A model generated the notes under the pieces. The model was given only the letters and a program-made list of their open reading frames with translations. It was not told the DNA's origin and did no database searches. This document shows positions 29,463 to 43,269 of a stretch of DNA of 64,000 nucleotides, one piece after another (the stretch's first letter is position 1; the number at the start of each line of letters is the position of its first letter). This DNA is from Octopus vulgaris (lineage: Eukaryota). The stretch lies in assembly GCA_951406725.2 (NCBI GenBank), contig OX597828.1:36952001-37016000 (forward strand). The letters run 5' to 3'. A program made the position numbers and the translations under genes.

Positions 29463-30101
29463 ACAGAGTGTCTGGTTAGGGAAATGAATCGCAAATACAA
29501 AACATAAGAGGAAAGCAAAAACAAAGAAAGAGAAAAGAAGAAGAAAGAAAGGAAGAAAGGTAGAAAGCAAAAACAATAGAATTCCAAACAAATGGAAACG
29601 GAGACCAATAAGGAATTACAATTACGAAAGAGTTCTCTCACAGTGGTTATCGCTGTTATTGCAGCATTAGGCCATTACATCAGAATCGTAACAGTAGCAG
29701 CAGCAGCAGCAGCAGTAGCAGCAGTGGCGGTAGTACCGACATCACTCATATTACTACCGTCATGCCCTACCACCACCTCTACCACCACGACCTCCACCAC
29801 CACCATTTCCACCACCACCATTACCACCACCACCACCATTACCACCACCACCACCATCACCACCACCACCATCACCACTACCACCATCACCACCATCACC
29901 ACCACCACCACCACCACCACCACCACCACCACCACCATCACCACTACCACCACCACCACCACTACCACCACCACCACCACCACCACCACCACCACCACCA
30001 CCACCACCACCACCACCACCACCACCACCACCACCACCACCACCACCACCACCACCACCACCACCACCACCACCACCACCACCACCACCACCACCACCAC
30101 C
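26344..30101. repeat. Trinucleotide-repeat-rich block: (CTT)n 26344-26671, (ATT)n ~27365-27436, purine-rich 27480-28080, (GAA)n 28084-28263, (CAC/CAT)n 28760-28942, (CAC)n 29770-30101
   Basis: Direct observation. Confidence 0.95.
27050..27363 (+). mobile_element. Two partial SINE family A copies (further copies at 32368-32525 +, and degraded at 25020-25230 - and 25915-26030 +)
   Basis: gagttcaaattccgccgaggtcaactttg motifs. Confidence 0.8.
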
Positions 30102-30445
30102 CTCGATGCCATCACCAATTTACTATTTTGCTTGCGTTTATATGATCCCTCCAGGGGTTATATGGATCCCGATTAAGAACCACTGGCCTAATGTGTAGAA
30201 TTTTAAATTCTTCTAAATTATCATTATGGCACCCTAATATTAATAACGTTTTCTCCAGAACCTTCGTTTCCCATTATTTAGATACTACCTGACATACTGT
30301 CTTGGAATCCAGAGCACCTCCTACCTGTGATCCTCGCGTCTGCCTGGCTCAGAGGATTTTCAAAAAGTGATTAGAGGATAGGGACTTATTCTTTGTAAGC
30401 CTAGTATTTATTCTATCGGTCTCTTTTGCCGAACCGCTAAGTTAC

Positions 30446-30845
30446 GGGGACGTAAACACACCAGCATCGGTTGTCAAGCGATGTTGGGGGGGGGGAGCAA
30501 ACACAGGCACACAAACGTATACACACACACACACACATACATATATAGGACGGGCTTCTTTTAGTTTCCGTCTACCAAATCCACTCACAAGGCTTTGGTC
30601 GACCCAAAGTGCCAGTGGGATTGAACCCGGAACCATGTGGTTCGTAAGCAAGCTACTTACCAGACAGCTACTCCTACGCCTATAATACGCCTTTCTAGTA
30701 AAATAGCTTCTTCATTAGTTGTTTGATAAACTTCACGAGTGCACAGCTTTGGTTAAAAGGCTTTATATAACTGAGCCTATGTATATGTATGTTTGTATAT
30801 ATATAGACGTAACCGTCGGCTCTCCTTCTCTCGCAATCCTCTCTC
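30446..30845 (+). repeat. ~400-bp direct duplication, partner at 37426-37829
   Basis: Same internally deleted SINE B plus ~150 bp of non-SINE flank (cctttctagtaaaatagcttcttcattagttgtttgataaacttcac...gacgtaaccgtcg). Confidence 0.93.
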
Positions 30846-30992
30846 TCCCTCTCTCCTTCTTTGATTCCTATCTCTCGAAGTACTTCATTCACTGCCTCTC
30901 TCTATCATCTTTTTCTCTCTCGTATGCATTCCGAATTTATACATATACATTCATACGTACGTATCCTCGGCCGAAAATCCTTAGAGCTAGGC

Positions 30993-31175
30993 AGACGAGA
31001 GGATCAGAGGTGTGAGATGTTCAGGGTCCCAAGACAGTATGTCAGAGAGATTGTAAATAATATTGGTGAGAAGCGTATCCGAATTGATGACGGCACATTT
31101 GCCATTATTTCTGACAAGAAAGAAACGCGGAAATGCTATTATAACAGATTGCTGAACGCGAAGAATGCATGGGAT
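30993..31175 (+). mobile_element. Decayed RTE-clade LINE ORF fragment (linker between endonuclease and RT)
   Basis: Translation REDQRCEMFRVPRQYVREIVNNIGEKRIRIDDGTFAIISDKKETRKCYYNRLLNAKNAWD resembles the FR.A.Q..RE....GEKC.R.D.G.......K..W..YY..LLN motif. Confidence 0.7.
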
Positions 31176-31565
31176 TAAGAAAGAGATGTTACATCATTTT
31201 GGACCAACATAGGGACTAACAGCATGTATTGCAGAATGTAAGTTGGTTGCATCACAGACATGTGATAAAGTGGCGAAGGCTGAGCTGAAGATGTTGGTTC
31301 TCACCCACAAGACGACAAACAACCATAGTTATTGGTGATTGACTGTGTTACAGAAAACGCGACAATCGATGATGGAACGTACCCTGAGAGAAAGGTAGTT
31401 TTTTAATGTCAGAGAAAACTTTGCCAATCATGCAACGAACATTTTGCTTCCTCCTTACTTTACATTCTTTGAATCCTGGATTTCCATCATCAACCTTTCG
31501 CTTGCTCTCTCCACCTCCACCAGACCATCTTTATTCACCCATCAGGCCCATGTATAAGAGACACC

Positions 31566-31640
<75 letters not shown>

Positions 31641-33404
31641 AGCCTGCCTGCCTGCCTGTCTGTCTGTCTGTCAGTCTGTCTGTCTGTCTGTCTGTCCATC
31701 TATCAATCTGCAAATCTGTCTGCTCATCACTTAACATCGTCTGCGTCTCAAACGATTCTATTTCCACGATTTTTAGGCAATTATACACACATTTATTCTC
31801 TTCAGCCTTACCAAAAATAGCACCGACATTATCAGTAAAACATCGGTTCATGGTGCCAGATTCCACACCTACAAAACAGTTAGATAAAAACTGTTAACGA
31901 GTTGAGTTCAAATCGACAGGACGCTAACCCATTTCATTTAGCATAAACAGAAATATTTGACACATAAAAATTTAACCAGAAAGTTCTCCGTTAAGAACGA
32001 AAAAAAACCCCTTCTATCTCTGTATATGTCATTAGTATTTTGAATGCAATTTGTACAGCTATTACAGTTACTTATTCAAAAATGATGTAATTATGCATTT
32101 GCGGTTCCTTTGCACAAATTAATTATCATTATAATCAACACTAATGCTTTTGGGTGAAACCCGGGAGGGTTATTTTCCTGTTTGCCAATGCTGACCTGAC
32201 CTGATATTTTTTAATAATATTTGATTAGTAATTTGTACAACCAACAATCGTAGATACCAGTAATTAAATGGTGTTACTATGTGGCTATATGTGTGTTTTG
32301 ACTGGTTTTAATTTGTAATTTGTATTTGTATGTTCTTTTTTTTGGCAATATTAATTATCATTATGCTAGGCGGTGAGCTGGCAGAATCGTTACCTCTTCG
32401 GTCAAAATGCTTAGCGGTATTTCGTCCGTTTTCAAATTCTGAGTTCAAATTGCACCGAAGTCGACTCTGTTTTTCATTCTTTTCGGGGGTCGATAAATTA
32501 AGTACAACTTGTGGCAAAATTTGAAACTCTTCTTCTTCTTCTTCTTCTTAGCTGAAATATATTATGTTTTATGAAGGAATACTACTGGGTGATACCGTTG
32601 AGTGGTATTTCTGGTTTGCCACTGTTGATCTGACCTCATGACAGGTATTACGGCTTAAAATGTTTGCTAGTCGCAGATCCTTAGAGTGTGGAAGGTGTTT
32701 GGATACTTTGACAGGACAGCGAACAATATCCGTTTACCAGGAAGGATCCGCTCAGAAAGGAGGCAACACCCATCCATCAAATCAAGAAACGATGTATTGT
32801 TATCTCTTTTGGCGATCTCTGTTCCCGACAGCGGCTCTCAGACGTCCTGACCTCGCCTTTCCTCTGACATAGGGAAACACTACGAGTGAAGTCCCTTCAA
32901 AAATACGCTGGCTGCCCAATATAGCTTAAAACAGTGCTAGTTAATATATTATCATTATCAAATCTTGAAGCGTTAGTGGCTGATTGATGCTCCTGTCTCT
33001 GGTAGAAACGAAACTCTCGTGTCATTTCATATCTGTGAAAACACACTGCTCCGACACGAATCAGTGCCTGTATGTATTTGATATGTATTTGATAATTTTC
33101 TCTGCGCCAAGAGCTCGAAGAACGACCCCTGCTGTCTTCCTTGACATGTGTTTGTCCAGGAATTGTCAAGGTAAAATACAAAATACAAAGGGGACTTCTT
33201 ATCATCTTCCTTTCTGCATAATTTACAAATCAGTTTATTATTGATTAGATAAAGACTAGTTCGCTACACCTGCCGAGACAGTCAGAACATACAAAGCTGG
33301 AAAAATATAGCAAAGCATTTTCTCCAATGACCCAAGAATTTTGAAAATCACCAAACTTTATTGTCTATTTATAGCTTTAGCACAAACTTTAACCAACCCT
33401 TAAA

Positions 33405-33660
33405 TTTTTCACGCTAAGAGTTGCTGAAGTATGGAACAAACTGCCGCCATCAGTTGTTAGTTGTCGGAGCACTGCATCCTTCAAAACTTCCATGCTTCCT
33501 GAGATTTGCTTACACTACACCTGATTTTCTTCCCTCCATACACACACAAGCATGTATCTGACTCATACACTTCCCAGACATTTGTACATTACTGCATATG
33601 TTTTATACGCACTTTTCACAAGTTGTGGTGCACCTGAGCACTGTATACAATAATTTTATT
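33405..33660 (+). mobile_element. 5'-truncated CR1/L2-like LINE: ORF2 C-terminus (33405-33524) plus 3' UTR
   Basis: FFTLRVAEVWNKLPPSVVSCRSTASFKTSMLPEICLHYT* carries the FF..RV...WN.LP..VV.......FK signature. Confidence 0.8.
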
Positions 33661-34722
33661 ATCTTTTTTATGATGACACTGTTGATCTCGTAAGGTTAAA
33701 CTATGAATGTAGAACACAAGAATAAATACTGCATAGAACTCTGTTCGACGCTGAATCGTTTTGCTTTTGCACTGTGTTATTATAATCTACACTCACCTGA
33801 GGGAATTGTATTGTTCTCTTCTTATGTGTAAAATCATATTCCTCTGCACACAATATTATCATCCTCAACATCTTGGAGATATTGTATTGCTATGTGCGTT
33901 AGCATATTCGTATCTTACTTGAATTGTGGAGGTGCGTGGCTCAGTGGTTAAGCTGTTGCAGTCGCTTATGATCGTAAGATTGTGGTTTCGGTTCCTGGAC
34001 CGTGTATTGCGTTGTGCTGTTTAGCAAAACATTTCATTAGACGTTACTCCAGTTTTTTTTTAGCGGGCGATGGCCCGGCGTCCCGTCTAGGGCCGAGAGG
34101 AATATGTACACCACGGAATCCGGGAAGACGGTTTTATGAACCTATAATTCGGTAAGGAATTTTGAACTTATTTTTTAAATTTGTTTTGTATTTCGTTTTC
34201 CGTGTAACAGATTTAGTTTTCCTTATAACGTGCAATTCCTCAACAGAATTCCAATACACCGTGCTGAATATAATTGAGCAAAATATCTGATATCCAAACA
34301 TATTTCTGTAAAATCAAAATTTTGCAAAAAAAAAAAAAAAAAAAAAAAAAAAGAGATGATAGAATAAATACTAGGCTTAGAAAGAGTAAGTGCTGGGGTC
34401 GATTTGTTCGACTAAAAGGCAGTGCTCCAGCATGGCCGCAGTCAAATGACTGAAACAAATAAAAGAAAATACACGATAAAATCTACATTTTCTTATTTTG
34501 AATTGCTTTTATGCAAATGAGGCTAATCCTACATATATTAAAGTAACGAGTGCAGATGTAGACATGCGGTTAAGATAGCTCCACAATAACGTGAATTCAA
34601 TTTTGAATCTTAGGTCGACCAACGTTTGACGAAACTTAGTAAACGGAAACTATGTGGAACCCCGTCGTAAATAGTAGTACGGATACACATACGTATGTGT
34701 ATACACACACATATATAAAAAT

Positions 34723-34967
34723 GTTCCTTCTCGAGCCATGCCGGGCTCATAAGGGCCGGTTTACCGGTTTCAGTGGCGTAGAAATTCCCTACCTGGATGG
34801 GACGCCGGTCCGTCGCAGGATTACTCATTTTTGCCAGCTGAATGGACTGGAACAATGTGAAATGAAGTGTTTTGCTCAAGAACACAACGCATCGCCCGGT
34901 CCAGGAATCGAAACCACAATCTTACGATCATGAGTTCAACACCCTAACCACTGAGCCACGTGCCTCC
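34723..34967 (-). mobile_element. SINE family C (tRNA head, CORE-like body); older opposite-strand copy at 33928-34160 (+)
   Basis: A box tggctcagtgg, B box ggtttcgattcc, gttcttgagcaaaacacttc CORE-like segment, cctgcgacggaccggcgtcccatccagg tail. Confidence 0.88.
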
Positions 34968-35033
34968 AAACACACACACACATACATATATATACATATA
35001 TATGAATATATATATATACATATATATATATGA

Positions 35034-35123
<90 letters not shown>

Positions 35124-36036
35124 TTGGGGTAGTAGACTTAACCAGTCACACAGTTTGACATGTATTTGTAAAATTCGAACAAGATCTAGCGTCTGAAGAA
35201 TGAAAATAACTTTTTCACTTCCTCCATCTTATTACGACCTCTGAAAAAAGAGCCAGGTGTACCATGCATCATCACCATCTGTTTAAAGTATTAAAGAATA
35301 TATAAAAGAAAATCAATAAAAAAAAACAGCCCCCCCCCATCCACCACAAAAGAAGAAAAAATGGTTGAAAGATATTGGATGGTAAAGAATGATGGTTTAG
35401 TCTTATGTACAATATAGAGATATGTCGACTATGTTTTACTCAACAAAAACTTAGCTTAGCACAACACATCCCTATCGTCAATCTCCTTGAAAATATTTCG
35501 TACAAAACGAATCATATTTGTTTACTTTCTTGCTTTCTCCTGCACAAAATACTCGTTAATATCAAAATAAGTGGGGGAACATTTTGCCGTCAAAGAGTTT
35601 TCTTTATTTAGCCTATAATTCAAAACATCTTCTACTGTCAGTGACATCCTCTATTTAAGTAGGAGCTAATTTGTAAATTCTTCTCGCTCATCATGTGACC
35701 CTTGCCGTTTAAACTTACATATTCTGACGTTCTAGAAATACGTTAGGTTATTCTTTGTTGCTGTTGTTGTTGTTGTTGTTGCTGTTGTGTGTGTGTGTGT
35801 TTGTGCGTGTCTATGTATGAATGTATGTTTGCATATATATATATATATATACTTACATACACACGCACGCACACACACAAATACACACGCACACACATAG
35901 ATTCTAACTCTCATTGGCTGCTAATTAGATGCAAACCTTGCACTTAAAAATATAGGAAACGACTTGTTATCGTAGACTGTTGCTGTTATTTTTCTTGGTT
36001 ATTTGTTCTGAGTTTGGGTCGATGACTGTACTGTTG

Positions 36037-36146
<110 letters not shown>

Positions 36147-36184
36147 GTATATGTATTTCTAGATATATATGTGTATGTATATAC

Positions 36185-36253
<69 letters not shown>

Positions 36254-36341
36254 CATATATATATATGTATTTCTCTATATATATGCGTATATACATATAT
36301 GTGTATATTTGTGCATATATATACATGTATATAGCTGTATA

Positions 36342-36412
<71 letters not shown>

Positions 36413-36532
36413 TGAGAGCGAGAGAGAGAGATACATATGGATATACGTGCAGAGTGCGTCACGCAGCAAGAGGCTATTCAATAAAACTGCCATCAGCCTC
36501 GATTACTGCCTCAATTCGGCTTCTGAAACGAC

Positions 36533-36592
<60 letters not shown>

Positions 36593-36694
36593 CTTGTGCA
36601 TACGTGCATATATATGTGTGTATGGACTTTCGTATATGTAAGTATAACGTTTGTTCTGCATATATATATCTCTGTATTTATGTACTTTTGATAT

Positions 36695-36753
36695 ATTCAA
36701 CCGATGACGGTAAAGCTTATTTAAAGCAAAACCAGAAATCCTGGATCTTGAAT
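36695..36753 (+). ncRNA. Type I hammerhead ribozyme, near-intact (U4 to C, 10.1-11.1 mismatch)
   Basis: Stem I ATTCAA/TTGAAT; CCGATGA; stem II GGT/ACC plus GCTT/AAGC; GAAA (36735-36738); helix III TCC-T-GGA; AUC triplet. Lies in a ~300-bp insert flanked by (TA)n on both sides. Confidence 0.75.
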
Positions 36754-36896
36754 TATTCAATAATATTTTTTGCTAGTCTATTTTGTCCCTCTGTCTTATC
36801 TCATGGTACGATATGAACATTTAACGTGGTTTTTAAAGTCAGGGTTTTGACTGCTATTTCGGCATGGTGGTGTCTCTCAGACACCCTTATTTTTAG

Positions 36897-36935
<39 letters not shown>

Positions 36936-37179
36936 GGAGGATTTTTATTCAAGTTGGCCATAACCCCAAAAGAGGCACCAACGATCCTTAGTATCATGGG
37001 TTTTTTGGTCTCCCTCTCAATGACACCCTAGACGTAGTAGTTTCGGAGAGATTAAATCAAGTGAGCTTTGAAGCCACAGATTAGGGTAACATCATCATGG
37101 AAATTCTCATCCACGATTGGATCTTACAGACTGTGTGTGTGAGAGAGAGAGAAAGAAAGAGAAAGAGCGAAAGAGATAG

Positions 37180-37213
<34 letters not shown>

Positions 37214-38239
37214 TGAGAGAGGGAGAGCAGTCTTGCTGAAACACGTTCAACCTTCATCGGAGCAATTTCCACGATCCAGTGCTTGATAATCGCCCTCAAA
37301 ATCTTGATACAAGTCGCCACATCGACTAAGTCCTAACAGGAAAAAGAGAGCGGGTAACATGGTTCCCATTGTTCACAACCTCTAAGACCATCACAAACGA
37401 TGTGTACACGGTGAGCGTAACAGTAGGGGACGTAAACACACCAGCATCGGTTGTCAAGTAATGTTGGGGGGGGGAGCAAACACAGACACACAAACGTACA
37501 CACACACACACATACATATATAGGACGGGCTTCTTTTAGTTTCCGTCTACCAAATCCACTCACAAGGCTTTGGTTGACCCAAAGTGCCAGTGGGATTGAA
37601 CCCCGAAACCATGTGGTTCGTAAGCAAGCTACTTACCACACAGCTACTCCTACGCCTATAATGCGCCTTTCTAGTAAAATAGCTTCTTCATTAGTTGTTT
37701 GATAAACTTCACAAGTGCACATCTTTGGTTAAAAGGCTTTATATAACTGAGCCTATGTATATGTATGTTTGTATATATAGACGTAACCGTCGTCCCTCTC
37801 TCTCTCACTCTCACTTCCCTATCCTCTCTTCAGCGGGGCTGGTGCAGAATTACCTGTCATTCCTCCTGTTCACTTTTTAATCCAGGACAATGGTATTCTT
37901 AACTGAAAAGAACCAGAGCATGTCGAACTACTCAGGACCGTTGAGTTCTTTCAGCAAGCGCTACGACCGGGCCGGTTCTTATTAGACATGAGCTGCCTTC
38001 TTGTCATATCATAAGAGTTATACCTGATGTTTTCGTGCATCACACATCTAATCCTTGACACCAACGCATGAAAAAGATTGGCAATTCGTGGGAGCGCAAC
38101 AGAAGAGAAACTACTTTTTATCTTTACTTTAGCGTGTTTTTTTTTTAATTTTAGAAATCAGGATATGACTCATGTATTAAACGACACTTAAATAAACCAA
38201 GAATTGTCTTCCGTTAATATTAATAAAATTGCTTACATT

Positions 38240-38454
38240 TACTCTTTTACTCTTTTATTTGTTTCAGTCATTTGACTGTGGCCATGCTGGAGCACCGCCT
38301 TTAGTCGAGCAAATCGACCCCAGGACTTATTCGGTGTAAGCCTAGTACTTATTCTATCGGTCTCTTTTGCCGAAACGCTAAGTTACGGGGACGTAAACAC
38401 ACCAGCATCGGTTGTCAAGCGATGTTGCGGGAACAAATACAGACGCACAAACGT

Positions 38455-38498
<44 letters not shown>

Positions 38499-39204
38499 GA
38501 CGGGCTTCTTTCAGTTTCCGTCTACCAAATCCACTCACAAGGCTTTGGTCAGCCCAAGGCTATAGTAGAAGACACTTACTCAAGGTGCCACGCAGTGGGA
38601 CTGAACCTGAAACCATGTGGTTCGTAAGCAAGCTACTTACCACACAGCCACTCCTAAGCCTGCCGCCATATTTTTTTTTAAAGACTAACGAGTAGACAAC
38701 TAGCAAACATACAATAACTTTCCATCAACATCAAAAGGTTTTATACTGTTAACGTGTTTATTCAACGGACTTCATAAGATATCCAGTATATACTGTAAAT
38801 ATAAAGCTGCTTTATTTCATTGATTGCTTAAAAATCAGTAAACTGCAAAACTAAGAGGAACAGTCTATGTAATTTCAGCTTAGAATGAAACATAACCTAC
38901 GTTATGTATGTATGCATGTATGTATGTATGTACATATACCTATATATGTTTTTTAACTCTTTTTACTTGTTTCAGTCATTTGACTGCGGTCATGCTGGAG
39001 CACCGCTTTAGTCGAGCAAATCGACCCCAGGACTTATTCTTTGTAAGTCTAGTACTTATTCTATCGGTCTCTTTTGCCGAACCGCTAATTTACGGGGACG
39101 TAAACACACCAGCATCGGTTGTCAAGCGATGCTGGGGGACAAACACAGACACATAAACATACACACACACACACACACATACATACATACATACATACAT
39201 ACAT

Positions 39205-39259
<55 letters not shown>

Positions 39260-39424
39260 AACAACGGGCTTCTTTCAGTTTCCGTCTACCAAATCCACTC
39301 CCAAGGCTTTGGTCGACCGAGGCTATAGTAGAAGACACTTGCTCAAGGTGCCACACATTGGGACTGAACCCGGAACCATGTGGTTGGTAAGCAAGCTACT
39401 TACCACACAGCCACTCCTGCGCCT
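38240..39424 (-). mobile_element. Two full-length SINE family B copies (38240-38660, 38955-39424)
   Basis: Near-consensus copies. Confidence 0.92.
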
Positions 39425-40030
39425 GTGTGTGTGTACATATATATATATGTACACACACACACACAGACGCACATACACATACATACCATATATGCCCGCG
39501 TATAATACGACTGGGTATACCAGACGATCCCCAGGATTTCTATTTAAAAAGTGGGTTTTGAGCTATGCTTGCAGTACAAGACTACTCCCATGTTTTCGTG
39601 AAAAATAGCTGGAGCGTAGAAGGCACGAGGTTCATAGCTAAAGGGGTGGGGTGAGCTGTAACTTCCCCAGTGGCTCTTGAAGCTTCTGCTTTTTTGTGTG
39701 TTTCAATAGCATTTTAACAATGTTTCAATCAATAAACTTTGTATGCAACAATTCTGCAGTCTTGGTTGTTTAAAATTCATCCAGTTCTCTTCAATAAGTG
39801 GCCAAATATTGTAAAGTACCTACTACAATTCACACCAAAAGTACCTGGCTGGTGCAAATACTACCGTAGTGATGTCACTTAGGCGTCGGTTATTTTACAG
39901 GAACTAACATGGTGTCAAGTATAACATAATAACTCCATTTCATTCGTTTTACAGTCGCTGGAAATTAATGTTCACCCAATAAGAGTACTGCTGTTTTTGG
40001 AAGAGTAACAACTTGAACTTTTTCAAGAAA

Positions 40031-40665
40031 CTCTGTAAATTAGAAAATTACTATTTTTAAATCTCACAAAGTGAGATATTCAGCAACAGTACTTTGTAGT
40101 AAAGATCGTTTGCCAACATAACATGGCAGTCCTGGTTTAGGACTAATGTTGCTGTAATTTAGCCCCATGATACATCGTCACCAACTGGCACGATCTGTGT
40201 CCTTATATTCTTGAAGAAGGGAGTCTAGCATCCCCACTCAGCTCAAAACAATATATGTGTATCACAATTTCTGGGTTATTTCTCTTCATCAGCACAGAAT
40301 AATCGTTCAGCTAGAGATGGTGCTGCCAAATTCCCGTTCGAAATATATAGTTTTCAAAGTGATAACTAGTCACTGATCTATAAATTAGAAAATTACTATT
40401 TTAAAATCTTATAACGTGAGATATTCAGCAACATAATATGGCAGTTATGGTTTAGGACTAATGTTGCTGTGATTTAACCCCAGGTGATATCGTCTCCAAC
40501 TATTGTTTTGAGCTGAGTGGGGGTGCTAGATTCCCTTGTTCGAAAATATAAGGACAGATTGTGTCGTATAGACAGCCGGAGACGATGTATCATGGGGCTA
40601 AATTACAGCAACATTAGTCCTAAACCTGGACTGCCATGTTATGTTGGCAAACAATCTTTACAACT
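40031..40665. repeat. Direct plus inverted triplication of a 120-220 bp module (40031-40253 +, 40377-40500 + partial, 40501-40660 -)
   Basis: Shared string ggcagtcctggtttaggactaatgttgctgtaatttagcccc appears twice forward and once reverse-complemented. Confidence 0.9.
40256..40296 (-). ncRNA. Degenerate minimal hammerhead motif
   Basis: Minus strand TGTG-CTGATGA-agagaaataaccca-GAAA-ttgtga-TA-CACA. Stem I (4 bp) and the core are intact; stem II is poorly paired. Confidence 0.5.
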
Positions 40666-41650
40666 CTGTAAGTTTTTAAAAGTAACCGGTAACTGTAAGG
40701 TTTATTGTGATTGGTTTGACTGTCACGAACTGGCCTGTCACAGAAGGTGTCGGAACATGCTGCTACTCTACCGTAACGGTTAGGTTAGATACCGTAAACT
40801 ACACTCGTCTTGAAATCCCTCGGCTGGCTGAATGCTTTCTGAGAGCGCACGCTAACGAGGCAGTGTAAACAGAACCGACGCCGAGACCCGGCTAAACGGT
40901 GTGATTGTTTACATTTTCTGTTCGTCAGCTGTTGCAAATGGCGACTGATGTCTGTCTGCTATGTTTGCTGTGCTGTTATTTTAATATAATCTTACTATTA
41001 ATCAAGCTTCCCAAACATACATGTGAGTGTCAGTTGAAAATACTGAGTTGTAGGACCATAGATCTATGTGAGTGTTTTACGGTGTTCGCCATCGATATGT
41101 GCAAGTACCAGTAGAAAATACTGCGCTGTAGAACCATAGGATATATGCAAGTGCTTTACACTATTCTCCTTTCACTTTGGTGCTACTCTAAACCACAGGA
41201 AGTAAAGGTTCAGATTTTATATGGGGTATATAAGACTAGCCCTAGTTTTGGGGTAGTTTTTAAAAGATTCGAATTCCGTTCTGTACGCCGGTATATACGG
41301 TATATGAATATTCGAAGGGATTTATTATAGTTTCCGTTTACGAAGTTACGAAATTCACTCACAAACCATTGGTTGTCTCAGCTTTACAGAAGACACCCAA
41401 TGTACCGTGCCATAGGACTGAACTCAAAACAGCGAGGCTGCAAACCGATCTTCTTAACCACAGAGCCATTGCTGCTAAACTTTTTAATGTCAAATGCATC
41501 TTTTGAGAGTCTTTGTTCAGCTTATTTTAAATACATCCTCAATTTAAAATATTAAACTCTTCATATATATTTTATAGGTAATATTTTTATAGAAATTACC
41601 GATAAAAATGTATATGAAGTATCATAATACCCATGTCTCACTATATATAT

Positions 41651-41686
<36 letters not shown>

Positions 41687-41721
41687 GTATATGTATATAA
41701 ATGTATATATATGTGTATATA

Positions 41722-41793
<72 letters not shown>

Positions 41794-42322
41794 CTCGGAT
41801 TCCGATATAATTTTATGGCACTGTAATAGCATATGTAATGTTATATTGATAAAAATATTTTTTTTCTCTCAAACTGTATGTTAAAAGTCATAAATACAAT
41901 TCTTGTAAATTCAGTTTTTGAACACATAACCGTTTATTTTATAGCACTATATTTATGTAAATTGCTGATGTATGCAATGAAATAAATAAATTTTATATCT
42001 TGTATTCTGCATATCGTATCTAACCATGCCGGTGCCAAGATTTATAGCATAGTTGTATCTCAGATGAGTTGGAATGTATTGGAGTGTTTTGTAGTAAAAT
42101 AACCGACCCTGGACACAACGCAACTGGATGTAAGGTGACAGTATGTGAATCGCCGATTCTCGGTTGAGTTGCCGGCCATTGAACCGAATGAGCTATATTT
42201 CGGATAGTTGAGTTATTCATTGTTATCATCTGGACGTGGTAATTGCTAAGTCAATTCCCAGCGAGATTTCAATTCAGATCCACGTGGTTTAGAAACGAGA
42301 CATGTAAAGCATTTACACATCT

Positions 42323-42590
42323 CTCCGGCATAGAGATTACTAAGTTTCCAAGATATACATTGTCACAGACTCTGCCTGTCACTGACTTTTTTTTGTGATT
42401 TTATGGGGTCAGTCTTAATTTATAGGCTAGTTTATCAAACCTCTTGTATATCTGAGGCTGAGAGAACAGAGAGCAGTATCTGTTGGGGGTAGGGCTGAGG
42501 GAACAGACAGACATCATAGTTGGTATAGTCATAAAAATCAAGATTTATTAGAAGCAATATCATGAGGTTTAGTAAAGGAAAACTTAAACC
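42323..42590 (+). repeat. ~265-bp direct duplication, partner at 43484-43748
   Basis: ttactaagtttccaagatatacattg...gaggtttagtaaag..aacttaaacc is nearly identical at both sites. Confidence 0.93.
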
Positions 42591-43047
42591 TCTTCAAATT
42601 TCTGTCTCTCCAGCTTAAACTTTCATTCGATTCCTTACGATGACGCGAGGTTTGATAATAACAAGGCGGCCAAGACAGCTATTTAATGTTCATGTCTTTC
42701 TCAGTGATGAAACGAGATACACCGTAACTCAAATTCCGAAAAATGGAAAACAGGACGAGTGTTTTTACTCGTCCTGTTTTACATTTTTTTCTCTTGTTTA
42801 CGGATTTCATATTGTTTACACAGTTGGTGACGTCTTGTGCCCATATATGCGCATAAATATATTATATATATATATATATCAGTCTCCATGACTGATCGCT
42901 AACTCCGAAAGTTTTTTATTTTCTCCCTCTTTATTTCCTCGTGCTCCTTTCTCTTGAAAAGCGGAGGCTCGAAGCGTAAAAGACTTTCTCACCTGCTTGT
43001 TGTTTATACACCTGTCTTCAGCTTTCGTTTTTTTGTAAATTTCACCT

Positions 43048-43098
<51 letters not shown>

Positions 43099-43229
43099 AT
43101 AAAGGATCGTTGGTAAGGCCAGAACAATGCGAAGTAATGCAAAGCAAATCCCAAGAAAACAAATAAATGAATTAATGTTGAGTTACCTTGCATTCAATAT
43201 TTTGGGGTTATGACTCCATTTTCAAGAAA

Positions 43230-43266
<37 letters not shown>

Positions 43267-43269
<3 letters not shown>

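Noticed and set aside
32640-33205. Non-repetitive stretch with VVFPYVRG (PLE-like linker)
   Set aside because: Only a single short motif, with flanking translations not supportive.
33928-34967. tRNA genes at SINE heads (here and throughout)
   Set aside because: A and B boxes are present but there is no proper cloverleaf, and each head continues into a SINE body.
36463-36510. GCAG..GGCT..AGCC..CTGC nested stems resembling a hammerhead
   Set aside because: Both core strands would need deletions (no CUGA, no GAAA).
37230-37425. Minus-strand YCYAHRVHIV resembling the hAT C(2)H motif
   Set aside because: The match is short and the downstream translation shows no further transposase similarity.
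42020-42229. 69-aa minus-strand ORF followed by AATAAA as a terminal exon of the Cys-rich gene
   Set aside because: The acceptor lacks a pyrimidine tract and the peptide is unrecognisable. It is left open but unsupported.
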